A stretch of DNA of 64,000 nt from Pseudomonadota bacterium (GCA_021325135.1 JAJPHT010000026.1:56094-120093); one strand, 5' to 3'. Positions 1 to 8,708 are shown, counted from the stretch's first letter. The notes: generated from the sequence alone by a model not told the origin. Program-made: numbers and translations.

Positions 1-591
1 GTAGACGGTCTTGCCCGCCTGCTGGATGAGGTGGCCGTCCATGCGCGCCTGGTACGAGTCGACCTTGAGGATGATGGGGTTCTCGGCGCGGCGGAGGCCC
101 GCCGCGAGGGCGTTCTCGTAGGTGCGCGAGAGGTGCACCTTCTGGCGGTCCGTGGGCGCGAGGCCGCGCTCCAGGATCAGCTCGACCTCCTCCTCGGTGA
201 CGGGGTAGTAGAGGTCGTCGGGGACGTCGTCGCCGGGGAGGTCCTTGAGATCCAGCTTCATGCTGTGGCCGTAGGTGGCGCGCACCTTGTCCCCCTCGAT
301 CTGGTAGCGCCCCTTGGGGTCCGTGGCGACGATGGCCACGAGGTGGTAGGGCTTGATCCAGTGGAGGCGGTCCTTCTGCGTGCGAAGCTGGCCGATGAAC
401 GCGTCGATGTCCACCCACCCCTGGGGGTCCATCTCGACGCCGAACTTCTCGGGGAAGTGGCGCAGCACGCCGGCCATGATGCGGCCGACCCTGTTCAACT
501 CGTGCTCGTTCATGAGGAACCGGCCCTCTTGGCCACAGTCGGGGCACGTCTCGCCCCGGAAGTAGCCATGGCTTTGGCATTCCCGCAGCAT
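1..591 (-). CDS. kptA: RNA 2'-phosphotransferase KptA/Tpt1 (3' end runs off window)
   Basis: Translated by hand, not in the ORF track: MLRECQSHGYFRGETCPDCG...GVLRHFPEKFG...WVDI...KGRYQI...RATYGHS...VHLS...GKTVY. Has the LRH, RAxYGHS and VHLS motifs plus the archaeal N-terminal Zn ribbon. Alternative start at 609. Confidence 0.92.
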   Translation of the reverse strand, partial: MLRECQSHGYFRGETCPDCGQEGRFLMNEHELNRVGRIMAGVLRHFPEKFGVEMDPQGWVDIDAFIGQLRTQKDRLHWIKPYHLVAIVATDPKGRYQIEGDKVRATYGHSMKLDLKDLPGDDVPDDLYYPVTEEEVELILERGLAPTDRQKVHLSRTYENALAAGLRRAENPIILKVDSYQARMDGHLIQQAGKTVY

Positions 592-702
592 CTTGATCGG
601 GCGCGCCATCCGGGCGTTGGCCTTTAAGGATTCTGGGGGCGGGGTGCCGAGAACAGAACGTTCTTCGCGTCCGGCCCGGCTCCCAGGGGCGGAGGCTTCG
701 CC

Positions 703-1941
703 GTGCCCAACCGTTCCATCGTCCTCGCTCTCGCCTTCGTCCTCGTGGCCCCCTCCGTGGCCGCGCTCCCCCTGCCCTGCCTGCCCGTCATCATCACGTG
801 CGCGCCCACGACCCCCGGCTGGCTGGCGTGGGAGCAGCGCGCGCCGTCCAACTCGTTCAACGCCACCGCGATCTCGCCCGACGGCAGCGTCGTCGTGCTG
901 GAGAGCGCGAACCTCTCGGGCGCGTCGCCCAGCTACGGGCTGCGCGGCGTGGAGTGGTCCACGGGCCACACGCTCTGGACGCTGGCCTTCGCCTCGCCGC
1001 CCGCGGCGTTCGCCCTCGACTCCTCGCGCGTCTACGTGACGACCACGTCCTACGAGGCGCTCAACACCACCGCGTACGGCCTGCGCAACGGCACGCTGGC
1101 GTGGGCCCAGACCAACTTCACCCTCAGCGGCGGCGAGAGCATCCTCGTCACGCCCAGCTGGGTGGGCACCGTGGAGGTCGACGCGTTCAACGGCCACGAG
1201 ACGCTGCTGCGCTACGCGCCCGCCAACGGCACGCTCCTGGGCACGCTGGACACGGGCATCGACTTCTACGACCACATGGTGGGCACGGACGGCAGCAGCG
1301 TCGTCTTCGTGGGCACCAACGGCTCCAGCGCCCACGGCCTCAACGCGTTCAGCCTCAACGGGACGCTCCTCTGGTCGACGCCGCTGCCCGACACCCTTCA
1401 GTTCTTCCAGATGGGAGGGCCCACGTTCATCTACGACTACTTCCAGTGGTTCGGCCCCAGCCGCATCGGCGCGGTGAACCTCACCACGGGCGCCGTGGCG
1501 TGGGACGAGCCGGAGCCCAGCTTCGTCGAGTCGCTGGTCGTGAGCGCCGATGGCCGCACGGTGGAGATCACGCACTCGGGCGACTACTTCTATCCCCCCG
1601 AGATCACGGCCCTCGACGGCGCCACGGGCGCCACGCGCTGGACGACGTCCTTCAGCGGCGACTCGGAGACGGTGGCGGTCTCGGCCAACGCCAGCCGCAC
1701 CTACGTCTCCCTCCACATCCAGACGTCGGGCAACACGACCGGCAACGCCACGGGCGGGCCGGCGTGGAACGCGACGCAGACGTGGGCCCTCGACGCCTCG
1801 GGGAACCCCCTGTGGAACCGCACGCTGGACCACGCGTTCCCCGTGGGCATCGCCACCGACGCCCTGGGCTCGCGCGTCGTGGAGCTGGCCGCCAACGAGA
1901 CGGCGGTGGCGGGCATTGCGCGCGGCTACTACGGAGGCTGA
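703..1941 (+). CDS. Secreted PQQ-like beta-propeller repeat protein
   Basis: Signal peptide; repeated 'G..LW' / 'ALDGATGATRW' PQQ-type blades; many N-x-S/T sequons. Confidence 0.75.
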   Translation: MPNRSIVLALAFVLVAPSVAALPLPCLPVIITCAPTTPGWLAWEQRAPSNSFNATAISPDGSVVVLESANLSGASPSYGLRGVEWSTGHTLWTLAFASPPAAFALDSSRVYVTTTSYEALNTTAYGLRNGTLAWAQTNFTLSGGESILVTPSWVGTVEVDAFNGHETLLRYAPANGTLLGTLDTGIDFYDHMVGTDGSSVVFVGTNGSSAHGLNAFSLNGTLLWSTPLPDTLQFFQMGGPTFIYDYFQWFGPSRIGAVNLTTGAVAWDEPEPSFVESLVVSADGRTVEITHSGDYFYPPEITALDGATGATRWTTSFSGDSETVAVSANASRTYVSLHIQTSGNTTGNATGGPAWNATQTWALDASGNPLWNRTLDHAFPVGIATDALGSRVVELAANETAVAGIARGYYGG

Positions 1942-1976
1942 CAAAGCTCATCCGTCGCCCCCTCCGTGCCCGCCGC

Positions 1977-2672
1977 ATGACCCTCTCGCCCCAGGACGCC
2001 GCCAAGAAGGCCGCCGCGGAAGCCGCGTGCAAGCACGTCCGCGACGGGACCATTGTGGGCCTGGGCACGGGGAGCACGGCCGACTTCGCCGTGCGCCACC
2101 TGGGCGAGCGCGTCAAGGAGGGCCTCCGCATCCGCGGCGTGCCCACGTCGCTGAAGACCGAGCGGCTCGCGCGCGAGGTGGGCATCCCCCTCGTCGACCT
2201 CAACGAGGTGGAGGCCATCGACGTCACCATCGACGGCGCCGACGAGGTGGACCCCAAGCTCGACCTCATCAAGGGGTTGGGCGGCGCGCTGCTGCGCGAG
2301 AAGATCGTCGCGTCCCTCACCGCGCGGCAGGTCATCGTCGTCGACCCCAGCAAGATCGTCCCCAAGCTGGGCACGCGCTCCCCGCTCCCCGTGGAGGTCC
2401 TCCCCTTCGGCTGGGCCGTCGTCGAGCGCCGCCTCCGGAAGGAAGGGCATCACCCCACGCTGCGCCAGAAGGAGGGCAAGCCCGTCCTCACCGACAACGG
2501 CAACCTCGTCCTCGACGTGCGCTTCCCCGAAGGCATCGCCGACGCGGCCAGGCTGGAGCGCGACCTCAACAACGTGCCCGGGGTCGTGGAGAACGGCCTC
2601 TTCCTGGGCATGACGTGGCGCGTCGTCGTGGGAGAGGCCGACGGGCGCGTGCGCGAGATCGTCCGCGGCTGA
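1977..2672 (+). CDS. rpiA: Ribose-5-phosphate isomerase A
   Basis: GLGTGST, DGADEVD, IKGLGGALLREK, TDNGN and PGVVENGLF motifs; ATG at 1977 within ORF 798..2672. Confidence 0.97.
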   Translation: MTLSPQDAAKKAAAEAACKHVRDGTIVGLGTGSTADFAVRHLGERVKEGLRIRGVPTSLKTERLAREVGIPLVDLNEVEAIDVTIDGADEVDPKLDLIKGLGGALLREKIVASLTARQVIVVDPSKIVPKLGTRSPLPVEVLPFGWAVVERRLRKEGHHPTLRQKEGKPVLTDNGNLVLDVRFPEGIADAARLERDLNNVPGVVENGLFLGMTWRVVVGEADGRVREIVRG

Positions 2673-2678
2673 GCGCGC

Positions 2679-2999
2679 CTACGGGCGGCCGACACCCTTG
2701 CCCGCCTCGTGGCCCGGCGCGGCGCTCTTGCCTTCGCGCACCATCTTGGCCTGGAGCAGGATGCGCGAGCGCCACTGCGTCCAGTCCGCCTCGGTGGGCA
2801 GCAGGAGGAGCTGCTCCACCAGCGCGGGCGCCACGAGGCCCTGGCACGCCTCGCGCAGGAACGCCTGGAACGCCGCGAGGTCGGGCGTGGCGCGCAGCGC
2901 GTCCAGGACGCCCGGCTCCCCGCGGGCGCGCTCGCCCAGCCTCGAGCCGATGGCGCTCACGAGGCCGTAGGCCTTCTTCGCGTCGGGGGGCAGGCTTAT
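2679..2999 (-). CDS. Hypothetical protein, probable ATA start (first canonical start is GTG at 2960)
   Basis: Coding-like codons continue upstream of 2960 (ISLPPDAKKAYGL) to an ATA lying 3 nt after the Shine-Dalgarno GAGGTGAT. Confidence 0.6.
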   Translation of the reverse strand: MSLPPDAKKAYGLVSAIGSRLGERARGEPGVLDALRATPDLAAFQAFLREACQGLVAPALVEQLLLLPTEADWTQWRSRILLQAKMVREGKSAAPGHEAGKGVGRP

Positions 3000-3008
3000 G
3001 CTATCACC

Positions 3009-3332
3009 TCACTGGATGGGGGGCGGCGGGCCCTTGCGCTTCTCGGCCTTGCTCGCCTTGACCTGCTGCGCGATCTGGCCGCGCTTCCCCTTGGGCGGGG
3101 GCGGCGGCGCGTCGTGCTTCTTCTGCGGCAGGAGCCCGAAGAGGAGCGTGCACCCCGCCACGATCCAGATGAGGTACGCCAACGGCTCGTTGGGATAGCG
3201 ATAGACGAGCCACCCCAACGCCGCGATGGCCACGGCGATGACCGCCCAGAAGAGGATCTCCAGTACGCGACCGTAGGGCGGCGTGTGGAAGACCTCGATG
3301 AGGCGCGCAAAGGGGCCAGGACGCGGGGCCAC
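3009..3332 (-). CDS. Small two-TM membrane protein with basic, Pro-rich tail
   Basis: Two hydrophobic segments. GTG 3332 chosen because the upstream part of the listed ORF is repeat DNA. Confidence 0.65.
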   Translation of the reverse strand: MAPRPGPFARLIEVFHTPPYGRVLEILFWAVIAVAIAALGWLVYRYPNEPLAYLIWIVAGCTLLFGLLPQKKHDAPPPPPKGKRGQIAQQVKASKAEKRKGPPPPIQ

Positions 3333-3378
3333 GCGCGGGCAAACCTGCCGCGACGTTTGGCGCTTGCGCCCAAAACGC

Positions 3379-3468
3379 GGGGGGTTCGGGGGGCGCAGCC
3401 CCCTGACGTGAAGGAAACGCCCAGCAGACGACTTCACGTCAGGGGGGCGAGCCCCCCTGAAACCCCCC
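3379..3468. repeat. REPIN-like paired inverted repeat, copy 1
   Basis: GGGGGGTTCGGGGGGCGCAGCCCCCTGACGTGAAG, short spacer, CTTCACGTCAGGGGGGCGAGCCCCCCTGAAACCCCCC. Confidence 0.85.
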
Positions 3469-3509
3469 ATTTTGCGCGCGCTGCGGCGCGCGCGACGAAA
3501 CTACAGTTT

Positions 3510-3770
3510 CTAGTAGGCGTGCATGAGGCGTCGGCTGGCCCGGTAAGGGGGACGGCGCCCGCGGCGGCCAAGCCCCTGGATGACGGCGCGCTTGTGCTTG
3601 CACATCTTCCCATACAGGCTTGCCTCGCAGAGGCACGAGAGGCGCCCCTCGCCCTCGTCGTGCAGGTCCACGAGAAGCTCGTGCTTGACGCCGGGACGGC
3701 TCTCGCTGTCGAAGACGAAGCGGTGGAGCCCGGGGCCCAGCGTCTCGTGCCGGTAGCGAAGCACGCACAC
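3510..3770 (-). CDS. SWIM zinc-finger protein
   Basis: CLC-x8-CKH SWIM motif preceded by 'DSESRPGVKHEL'. Start uncertain (3770 or 3818). Confidence 0.7.
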   Translation of the reverse strand: MCVLRYRHETLGPGLHRFVFDSESRPGVKHELLVDLHDEGEGRLSCLCEASLYGKMCKHKRAVIQGLGRRGRRPPYRASRRLMHAY

Positions 3771-3814
3771 GGTATGATTTTCCTCGACTTGAAGGTGACC
3801 TTCCGGTGGGCATT

Positions 3815-4183
3815 TCACTCGGGGTGGAGGGGGCGCTGAAAGATCTCCACCATGGGCCACGCGGCGAGGCGCCAGAACGTCCAGCCCCCCACCTCCTCGG
3901 GCACCACGATGCGGGCCGATTCCAGGACGCGCAGGTGATGGGACAGGGTGGAGGACGCGATGCCCAGCGCCGCCTCGATCTCCGTCGTCGCCAGGGCGCC
4001 GTGCCTCCGGAGAAGCTCGCCCACGAGGAACCGGTTGGGGTCGCCCAGGGCGCGGAACATGGCGAGGCGCAGCTGCGCGAAGTCGTCGGCCGCCACCTCG
4101 AGCGCCGCCGCGGCGGGGTCGGGCAGGCGGGCGCCCCCGGCGTCGCGCAGGCGGGCATAGCGGCCAGAAAGGGGGGCGGGCAT
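3815..4183 (-). CDS. ArsR/SmtB family transcriptional regulator
   Basis: FRALGDPNR...STLSHHLRVLESARIV winged-HTH signature. Confidence 0.88.
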   Translation of the reverse strand: MPAPLSGRYARLRDAGGARLPDPAAAALEVAADDFAQLRLAMFRALGDPNRFLVGELLRRHGALATTEIEAALGIASSTLSHHLRVLESARIVVPEEVGGWTFWRLAAWPMVEIFQRPLHPE

Positions 4184-4282
4184 ATCTCGATGGCCATCGA
4201 GATGATGGGATAAAGCTCCGGCGGAAACGGTTATGTGGGGGCGGCGCTTTCGGCGGCCGTTCCCCCAACAGGAGGGGCCCCA

Positions 4283-5026
4283 ATGGCGAAGCAGAAGCGT
4301 GGCGCGCTCTACAAGCAGATCAAGTCCCACTCCAACACCCGCCGCGAGTACATGGGCGGCGTCCCCGGCTCGCGCATCACCCAGTTCGACCTCGGCGACA
4401 AGAACGGCAACTTCAACGTCAAGGTCAGCCTCGTCGCCGGCGAGCGCGTCCAGATCATCCACAACGCCCTCGAAGCCTGCCGCGTCGCCGCCAACCGCGT
4501 CCTCATGAAGAACTGCGGCAGCGCCGGCTACCACCTCAAGGTCCGCGTCTACCCCCACGAGGTCCTCCGCGAGAACAAGCAGGCCTCCGGCGCCGGCGCC
4601 GACCGCGTCTCCCAGGGCATGCGCCAGAGCTTCGGCAAGGCCATCGGCACCGCCGCCCGCGTCGAGGTCGGCCAGCCCATCATGACCGTCCGCGTCACCC
4701 CCGAGCGCTTCCAGTTCGTCAAGGAGGCCTTCCGCAAGGCCAACACCAAGCTCCCCATCCCCACCCGCCTCGTCATCGAAGAGGGCGAGGACGAGGTCAA
4801 GAAGTTCATCGCCAGCGGCATCAAGGTCAAGGTCGTCGCCATCGGCAGCACCGGCGAGGCCGAGGCCAAGGCCGCCAAGGACGCCGCCAAGGCCGCCGCG
4901 GGCGCCGCCGCCGGCGCCGAAGGCGAGGCCAAGGAAGGCGACAAGAAGGAAGGCGACGCCAAGGCCGGCGACAAGAAGGCCGAGCCCGCCAAGGGCGCCG
5001 GCAAGCCCGCCGACAAGAAGAAGTGA
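4283..5026 (+). CDS. rpl10e: 50S ribosomal protein L10e (uL16) with Ala/Lys/Glu-rich C-terminal extension
   Basis: YMGGVPGSRI, ALEACRVAANR, YPHEVLRENK, GADRVSQGMRQSFGKAIGTAARV; GGAGG Shine-Dalgarno upstream. Confidence 0.97.
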   Translation: MAKQKRGALYKQIKSHSNTRREYMGGVPGSRITQFDLGDKNGNFNVKVSLVAGERVQIIHNALEACRVAANRVLMKNCGSAGYHLKVRVYPHEVLRENKQASGAGADRVSQGMRQSFGKAIGTAARVEVGQPIMTVRVTPERFQFVKEAFRKANTKLPIPTRLVIEEGEDEVKKFIASGIKVKVVAIGSTGEAEAKAAKDAAKAAAGAAAGAEGEAKEGDKKEGDAKAGDKKAEPAKGAGKPADKKK

Positions 5027-5055
5027 ACCGGCCCCAGGGCCTGGCTTGCTTCTCG

Positions 5056-5097
5056 GGGGCGCCTTTTGGGCGCCTCCGGCTTTTTTCTTCGTTTTTT
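5056..5097 (+). terminator. Probable terminator after rpl10e
   Basis: GGCGCC-TTTTG-GGCGCC hairpin followed by two T6 tracts. Confidence 0.6.
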
Positions 5098-5118
5098 CGT
5101 GATGAGGAGTGTGAGCCA

Positions 5119-5250
5119 GGCGGCGCCAGGTGGGTACGGGCGTGCACGGCTGCGCCCGTCCGTGCACGCCCGTACCCGCCCGGTTCCACCCGTGCACGCC
5201 CGGCTCCACCCGCCCCCGCCTGGCGGCACCTGGCGCCAGCCGGGGACAGG
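5119..5250. repeat. Degenerate 10-bp tandem repeat with a perfect 18-bp inverted repeat
   Basis: Units ccgtgcacgc/ccgtacccgc/ccggttccac/ccgtgcacgc/ccggctccac...; 5132-5149 is the reverse complement of 5160-5177. Confidence 0.75.
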
Positions 5251-5265
5251 TGCCCCCTCCCCTTT

Positions 5266-5282
5266 GTGACGTCCCACGTCAC
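5266..5282. promoter_or_regulatory. Palindromic operator candidate GTGACGT-CCC-ACGTCAC
   Basis: Perfect 7-3-7 palindrome just upstream of a T-rich promoter-like site (CCCTTTTG) for the HTH-ppsA unit. Confidence 0.5.
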
Positions 5283-5326
5283 GTCCAGTCGACACCCTTT
5301 TGCGCACGCCGGCCTGAGCCCCCCGC

Positions 5327-5755
5327 ATCACCCACGACCTCTTCCTCCCCTCCGACCTGCGCGGGTTCCAGCAGGAGCTTGCCGGCCGGCTCGCGACGCT
5401 GGACCAGCCGGGGGGCGAGGTGAAGGCGCTGCGGGAGCGCTACGGGTTCACACAGGACGTCCTGGCGCGGCTGCTGGGGCTGCGGCGGGAGAGCCTGTCG
5501 CGCATCGAGTCCGGCCGCGTCGCGCTCACGCTGCCGGTGCTGCAGCGGTTCGTCCGGGTGGTGACGCTGGCGCGGGGCGTGCGCGAGCACCTGGCCTACG
5601 CGGAGGCGCGGGGGAACATCCCCGACGAGCGCCGCCTGGACGTGCTCGCGCAGTCGCTCCGCATCGAGAAGGATGCGGCCGACGAGGTCGTGCTGCTCTC
5701 GATGATGGCGTACGACAAGAAGCGCAAGGACACTCTCACGCAGTCTCTCCGGTGA
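5327..5755 (+). CDS. XRE/Cro-type HTH regulator, probable ATC start (first canonical start is GTG at 5420)
   Basis: LRERYGFTQDVLARLLGLRRESLSRIESG HTH. The in-frame upstream segment ITHDLFLPSDLRGFQQELAGRLATLDQPGGE has nearly all G/C third positions. Confidence 0.8.
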   Translation: MTHDLFLPSDLRGFQQELAGRLATLDQPGGEVKALRERYGFTQDVLARLLGLRRESLSRIESGRVALTLPVLQRFVRVVTLARGVREHLAYAEARGNIPDERRLDVLAQSLRIEKDAADEVVLLSMMAYDKKRKDTLTQSLR

Positions 5756-5761
5756 TCTCAC

Positions 5762-8098
5762 ATGACCTCGAAGCCTACCTCGGAAGTCGTCTGGGCGCAG
5801 AACATCGGCAAGGATGATATCCCGCTCGTGGGCGGGAAGGGGGCGAACCTGGGCGAGATGATCGGCATCGGCCTTCCGGTGCCGCCCGCGTTCGTGGTGT
5901 CGGCGCCGGCGTTCCACCATTTCCTGGTGGAGTCGGGCGTCGCGGAGAAGGTGTTCGGCGACCTGGCGCGGCTCGACGTGGAGGACAGCAAGGCGCTGCG
6001 CGAGGCCAGCGAGCGGGCGCGGGAGCTGGTGCTCAAGGCGAAGCTGCCGCCCGCGCTGGAGCGGCAGATCCGCGACGCGTACCGCTCCCTGGCGAAGTCC
6101 GAGGGGGGGAAGGACCCGCTGGTGGCGGTGAGGAGCAGCGCGACGGCGGAGGACCTGCCGGAGGCAAGCTTCGCGGGCCAGCAGGACACGTACCTCAACG
6201 TGCGCGGCGAGGATGCCCTGCTGGAGCACGTGCAGCGCTGCTGGGCGTCGCTCTACACGCCGCGGGCGGTCTACTACCGCGTGAAGCACAAGTTCCCCCA
6301 CGAGAAGGTGGCCATCGCGGTGGTGGTGCAGATCATGGTCGACGCGGCCAAGGCGGGCGTCATGTTCACGCGGCACCCCACGACGGGCGCGGACAGCACG
6401 CTCATCGAGGCGGCGTGGGGGCTGGGCGAGGGGGTCGTGAGCGGCAACGTCACGCCCGACACCTACGAGGTGGGCGCGGACGGGAAGCCCACGAGCGTGC
6501 GCGTCGCGTCCAAGGAGACGATGTACGTGCGCGGCAAGCAGGACCGGACGGTGGTCGAGGCCGTGCCGGGCAACAAGAAGCAGGCGCGCGTGCTCTCGGA
6601 CGAGGAGCTCAAGCAGCTCCACAACCTGGGCCGCGCCATCGAGAAGCACTACGGAAGCCCGCAGGACATCGAGTGGGCGATGTCGCAGGAGGGCGTCCTC
6701 AACGTCCTCCAGGCGCGCCCCATCACGACGCTCAAGGGCAAGCCGGGCGGCTCCGCGGCGGCTCCGCAGGCGGCGGGCTCGGGGGCGGCTTTGCTATCAG
6801 GCCTCGGCGCGAGCCCGGGCGTCGCGGTGGGCAAGGTGGCCATCATCGCCAACGTCGAGCAATTGGAGAAGTGCAAGCCCGGCGACATCCTCGTGACGCA
6901 GATGACGATGCCCGACATGGTCCCGGCGATGAAGCGCGCGGCGGCCATCGTCACCGACGAGGGCGGGATGACGTGCCACGCGGCCATCGTGTCGCGCGAG
7001 CTTGGCGTGCCCGCGGTGGTGGGCACGAAGCAGGCCACGAAGCGGCTCAAGGACGGCATGGTGATCACGGTGGACGGCGAGAAGGGCACCGTGACCGAGG
7101 GCGGCGCGCCCGCGCAGAAGGCGGGCGAGGCGGGCGCGATGCCGGAGCGCCCCATGCCCAAGGTGGGCGCCTCGAAGCCCGTGACCGCGACGCAGGTGAA
7201 GGTCAACATCAGCATGCCCGAGGCCATCGATCGCGCCCTCGCCACGGACCCGGACGGCGTGGGTCTGCTGCGCATCGAGCACATCGTCCTGGGCCTGGGC
7301 AAGCACCCCCTCACGTTCATCCGCGGCGGCAAGGAGCAGGAGTACGTCGACTACCTCGTGAAGAGCATCAAGACCGTCGCGGAGCCCATGTACCCGCGCT
7401 CCGTCTGGGTGCGCACGCTGGATGCGCCCACCGACGAGTTCCGCCAGATGGAGGGCGGCGAGGGCGAGCCCCACGAGCACAACCCCATGCTGGGCTGGCG
7501 CGGCATCCGGCGCGGCCTGGAGCAGCCGGAGCTTCTGCGCGCGGAGCTGAAGGCCATCCGCAAGCTCCTCGACCAGGGCGTCACCAACGTGGGGATCATG
7601 CTGCCCCTCGTGCAGCACCCCCACGAGATCCGCCAGGCGAAGCAGATCGCGCGGGAGTGCGGCATCGAGCCCCACAAGGACTGCGAGTTCGGGATCATGA
7701 TCGAGATCCCCGCGGCGGCGCTGGTCATCGACTCGCTCCTGGACGAGGGGCTCGACTTCGTGAGCTTCGGCACCAACGACCTCACGCAGTACACGCTGGC
7801 GGTGGACCGTAACAACGAGAACGTGGCGCGGCTCTACAACGAGTTCCACCCCGCGGTGGGCAAGCTCATCGAGATGAGCATCAAGGCGGCCCGCGCGCGC
7901 GGCGTGCAGACCAGCATCTGCGGCCAGGCCGGGAGCAACCCCAAGTTCGTGGAGAAGCTCGTCGCGTGGGGCATCACCAGCGTCAGCGCCAACATCGACG
8001 CGCTGGCGCGGGTGCGCGAGACCATCGCGAGGACCGAGCAGCGCATGCTCCTCGACGCGGCGCGGTCCAAGGGGGGTTCGGGGGGCGCAGCCCCCTGA
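5762..8098 (+). CDS. ppsA: Phosphoenolpyruvate synthase
   Basis: GGKGANLGEM, AVRSSATAEDLPEASFAGQQDT, GGMTCHAAIVSRE (phospho-His), EHNPMLGWRGIR, SFGTNDLTQY. Confidence 0.97.
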   Translation: MTSKPTSEVVWAQNIGKDDIPLVGGKGANLGEMIGIGLPVPPAFVVSAPAFHHFLVESGVAEKVFGDLARLDVEDSKALREASERARELVLKAKLPPALERQIRDAYRSLAKSEGGKDPLVAVRSSATAEDLPEASFAGQQDTYLNVRGEDALLEHVQRCWASLYTPRAVYYRVKHKFPHEKVAIAVVVQIMVDAAKAGVMFTRHPTTGADSTLIEAAWGLGEGVVSGNVTPDTYEVGADGKPTSVRVASKETMYVRGKQDRTVVEAVPGNKKQARVLSDEELKQLHNLGRAIEKHYGSPQDIEWAMSQEGVLNVLQARPITTLKGKPGGSAAAPQAAGSGAALLSGLGASPGVAVGKVAIIANVEQLEKCKPGDILVTQMTMPDMVPAMKRAAAIVTDEGGMTCHAAIVSRELGVPAVVGTKQATKRLKDGMVITVDGEKGTVTEGGAPAQKAGEAGAMPERPMPKVGASKPVTATQVKVNISMPEAIDRALATDPDGVGLLRIEHIVLGLGKHPLTFIRGGKEQEYVDYLVKSIKTVAEPMYPRSVWVRTLDAPTDEFRQMEGGEGEPHEHNPMLGWRGIRRGLEQPELLRAELKAIRKLLDQGVTNVGIMLPLVQHPHEIRQAKQIARECGIEPHKDCEFGIMIEIPAAALVIDSLLDEGLDFVSFGTNDLTQYTLAVDRNNENVARLYNEFHPAVGKLIEMSIKAARARGVQTSICGQAGSNPKFVEKLVAWGITSVSANIDALARVRETIARTEQRMLLDAARSKGGSGGAAP

Positions 8099-8162
8099 CG
8101 TCTTGATCGTCTGCTCGACCTGATATCACGTCAGGGGGCTTCGCCCCCCGAACCCCCCTTGG
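8067..8162. repeat. REPIN-like paired inverted repeat, copy 2 (overlaps ppsA 3' end)
   Basis: CCAAGGGGGGTTCGGGGGGCGCAGCCCCCTGACGT...ACGTCAGGGGGCTTCGCCCCCCGAACCCCCCTTGG. Confidence 0.88.
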
Positions 8163-8187
8163 GTGCGCACGGCGAAGATGGCGGCTC

Positions 8188-8379
8188 CTACTCCGTCGCC
8201 GCGGTGATCGCGCCCATGAGGAGGCACGCGATGGCGAGGACGGCGAGGAGCGCCGCGCCCGCGCCGCCCAGGAGGACGGCGCCCGCCATGCCCAGGACGC
8301 CCAGCGCCAGCAGGATCCACGTCACGATGCCAAGTTCCACGAAGGCCGGACGACGGGGCGAGGGATAAGGCTCGCTCAT
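8188..8379 (-). CDS. Small membrane protein
   Basis: MSEPYPSPRRPAFVELGIVTWILL..., two TM segments; ATGA overlap with the upstream gene. Confidence 0.6.
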   Translation of the reverse strand: MSEPYPSPRRPAFVELGIVTWILLALGVLGMAGAVLLGGAGAALLAVLAIACLLMGAITAATE

Positions 8380-8708
8380 CCGTCGCCGGGCGCGGCGGAG
8401 GCCTCGCCGTGGGGGCGCTTCGCGCGGTCCCACGCCTCGATCATCTCGAAGCCGTGCAAGCCCACGAGGCCCAGGGCGGAGGCGAGGCTCGCGACGCCCA
8501 CGAAGACGGCCCACGACGTGGACATGACGCCCGCGGCGGCGAAGCGCACCTGGAGGATGGTGATGACGACGAGGAAGACGGAGAGCGTCGCGAGGCGGAG
8601 CCACTCCAGGCGGCTGCGGCGCGCGAGCCCTTCGCGACGGCCGACGCGGAAGACCCCGTAGACCGCCCCCAGGAGGAGCGGGTACGCGAGGAGGGCGCCG
8701 CCAGCCAT
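8376..8708 (-). CDS. Three-TM membrane protein
   Basis: Hydrophobic segments and typical codon usage. Confidence 0.6.
   Translation of the reverse strand: MAGGALLAYPLLLGAVYGVFRVGRREGLARRSRLEWLRLATLSVFLVVITILQVRFAAAGVMSTSWAVFVGVASLASALGLVGLHGFEMIEAWDRAKRPHGEASAAPGDG

Noticed and set aside
31-627. 198-aa + strand ORF
   Set aside because: Antisense shadow of kptA.
3009-3011. Selenocysteine recoding of the in-frame TGA
   Set aside because: No redox motif context and no recognisable SECIS; a Shine-Dalgarno plus ATA start is simpler.
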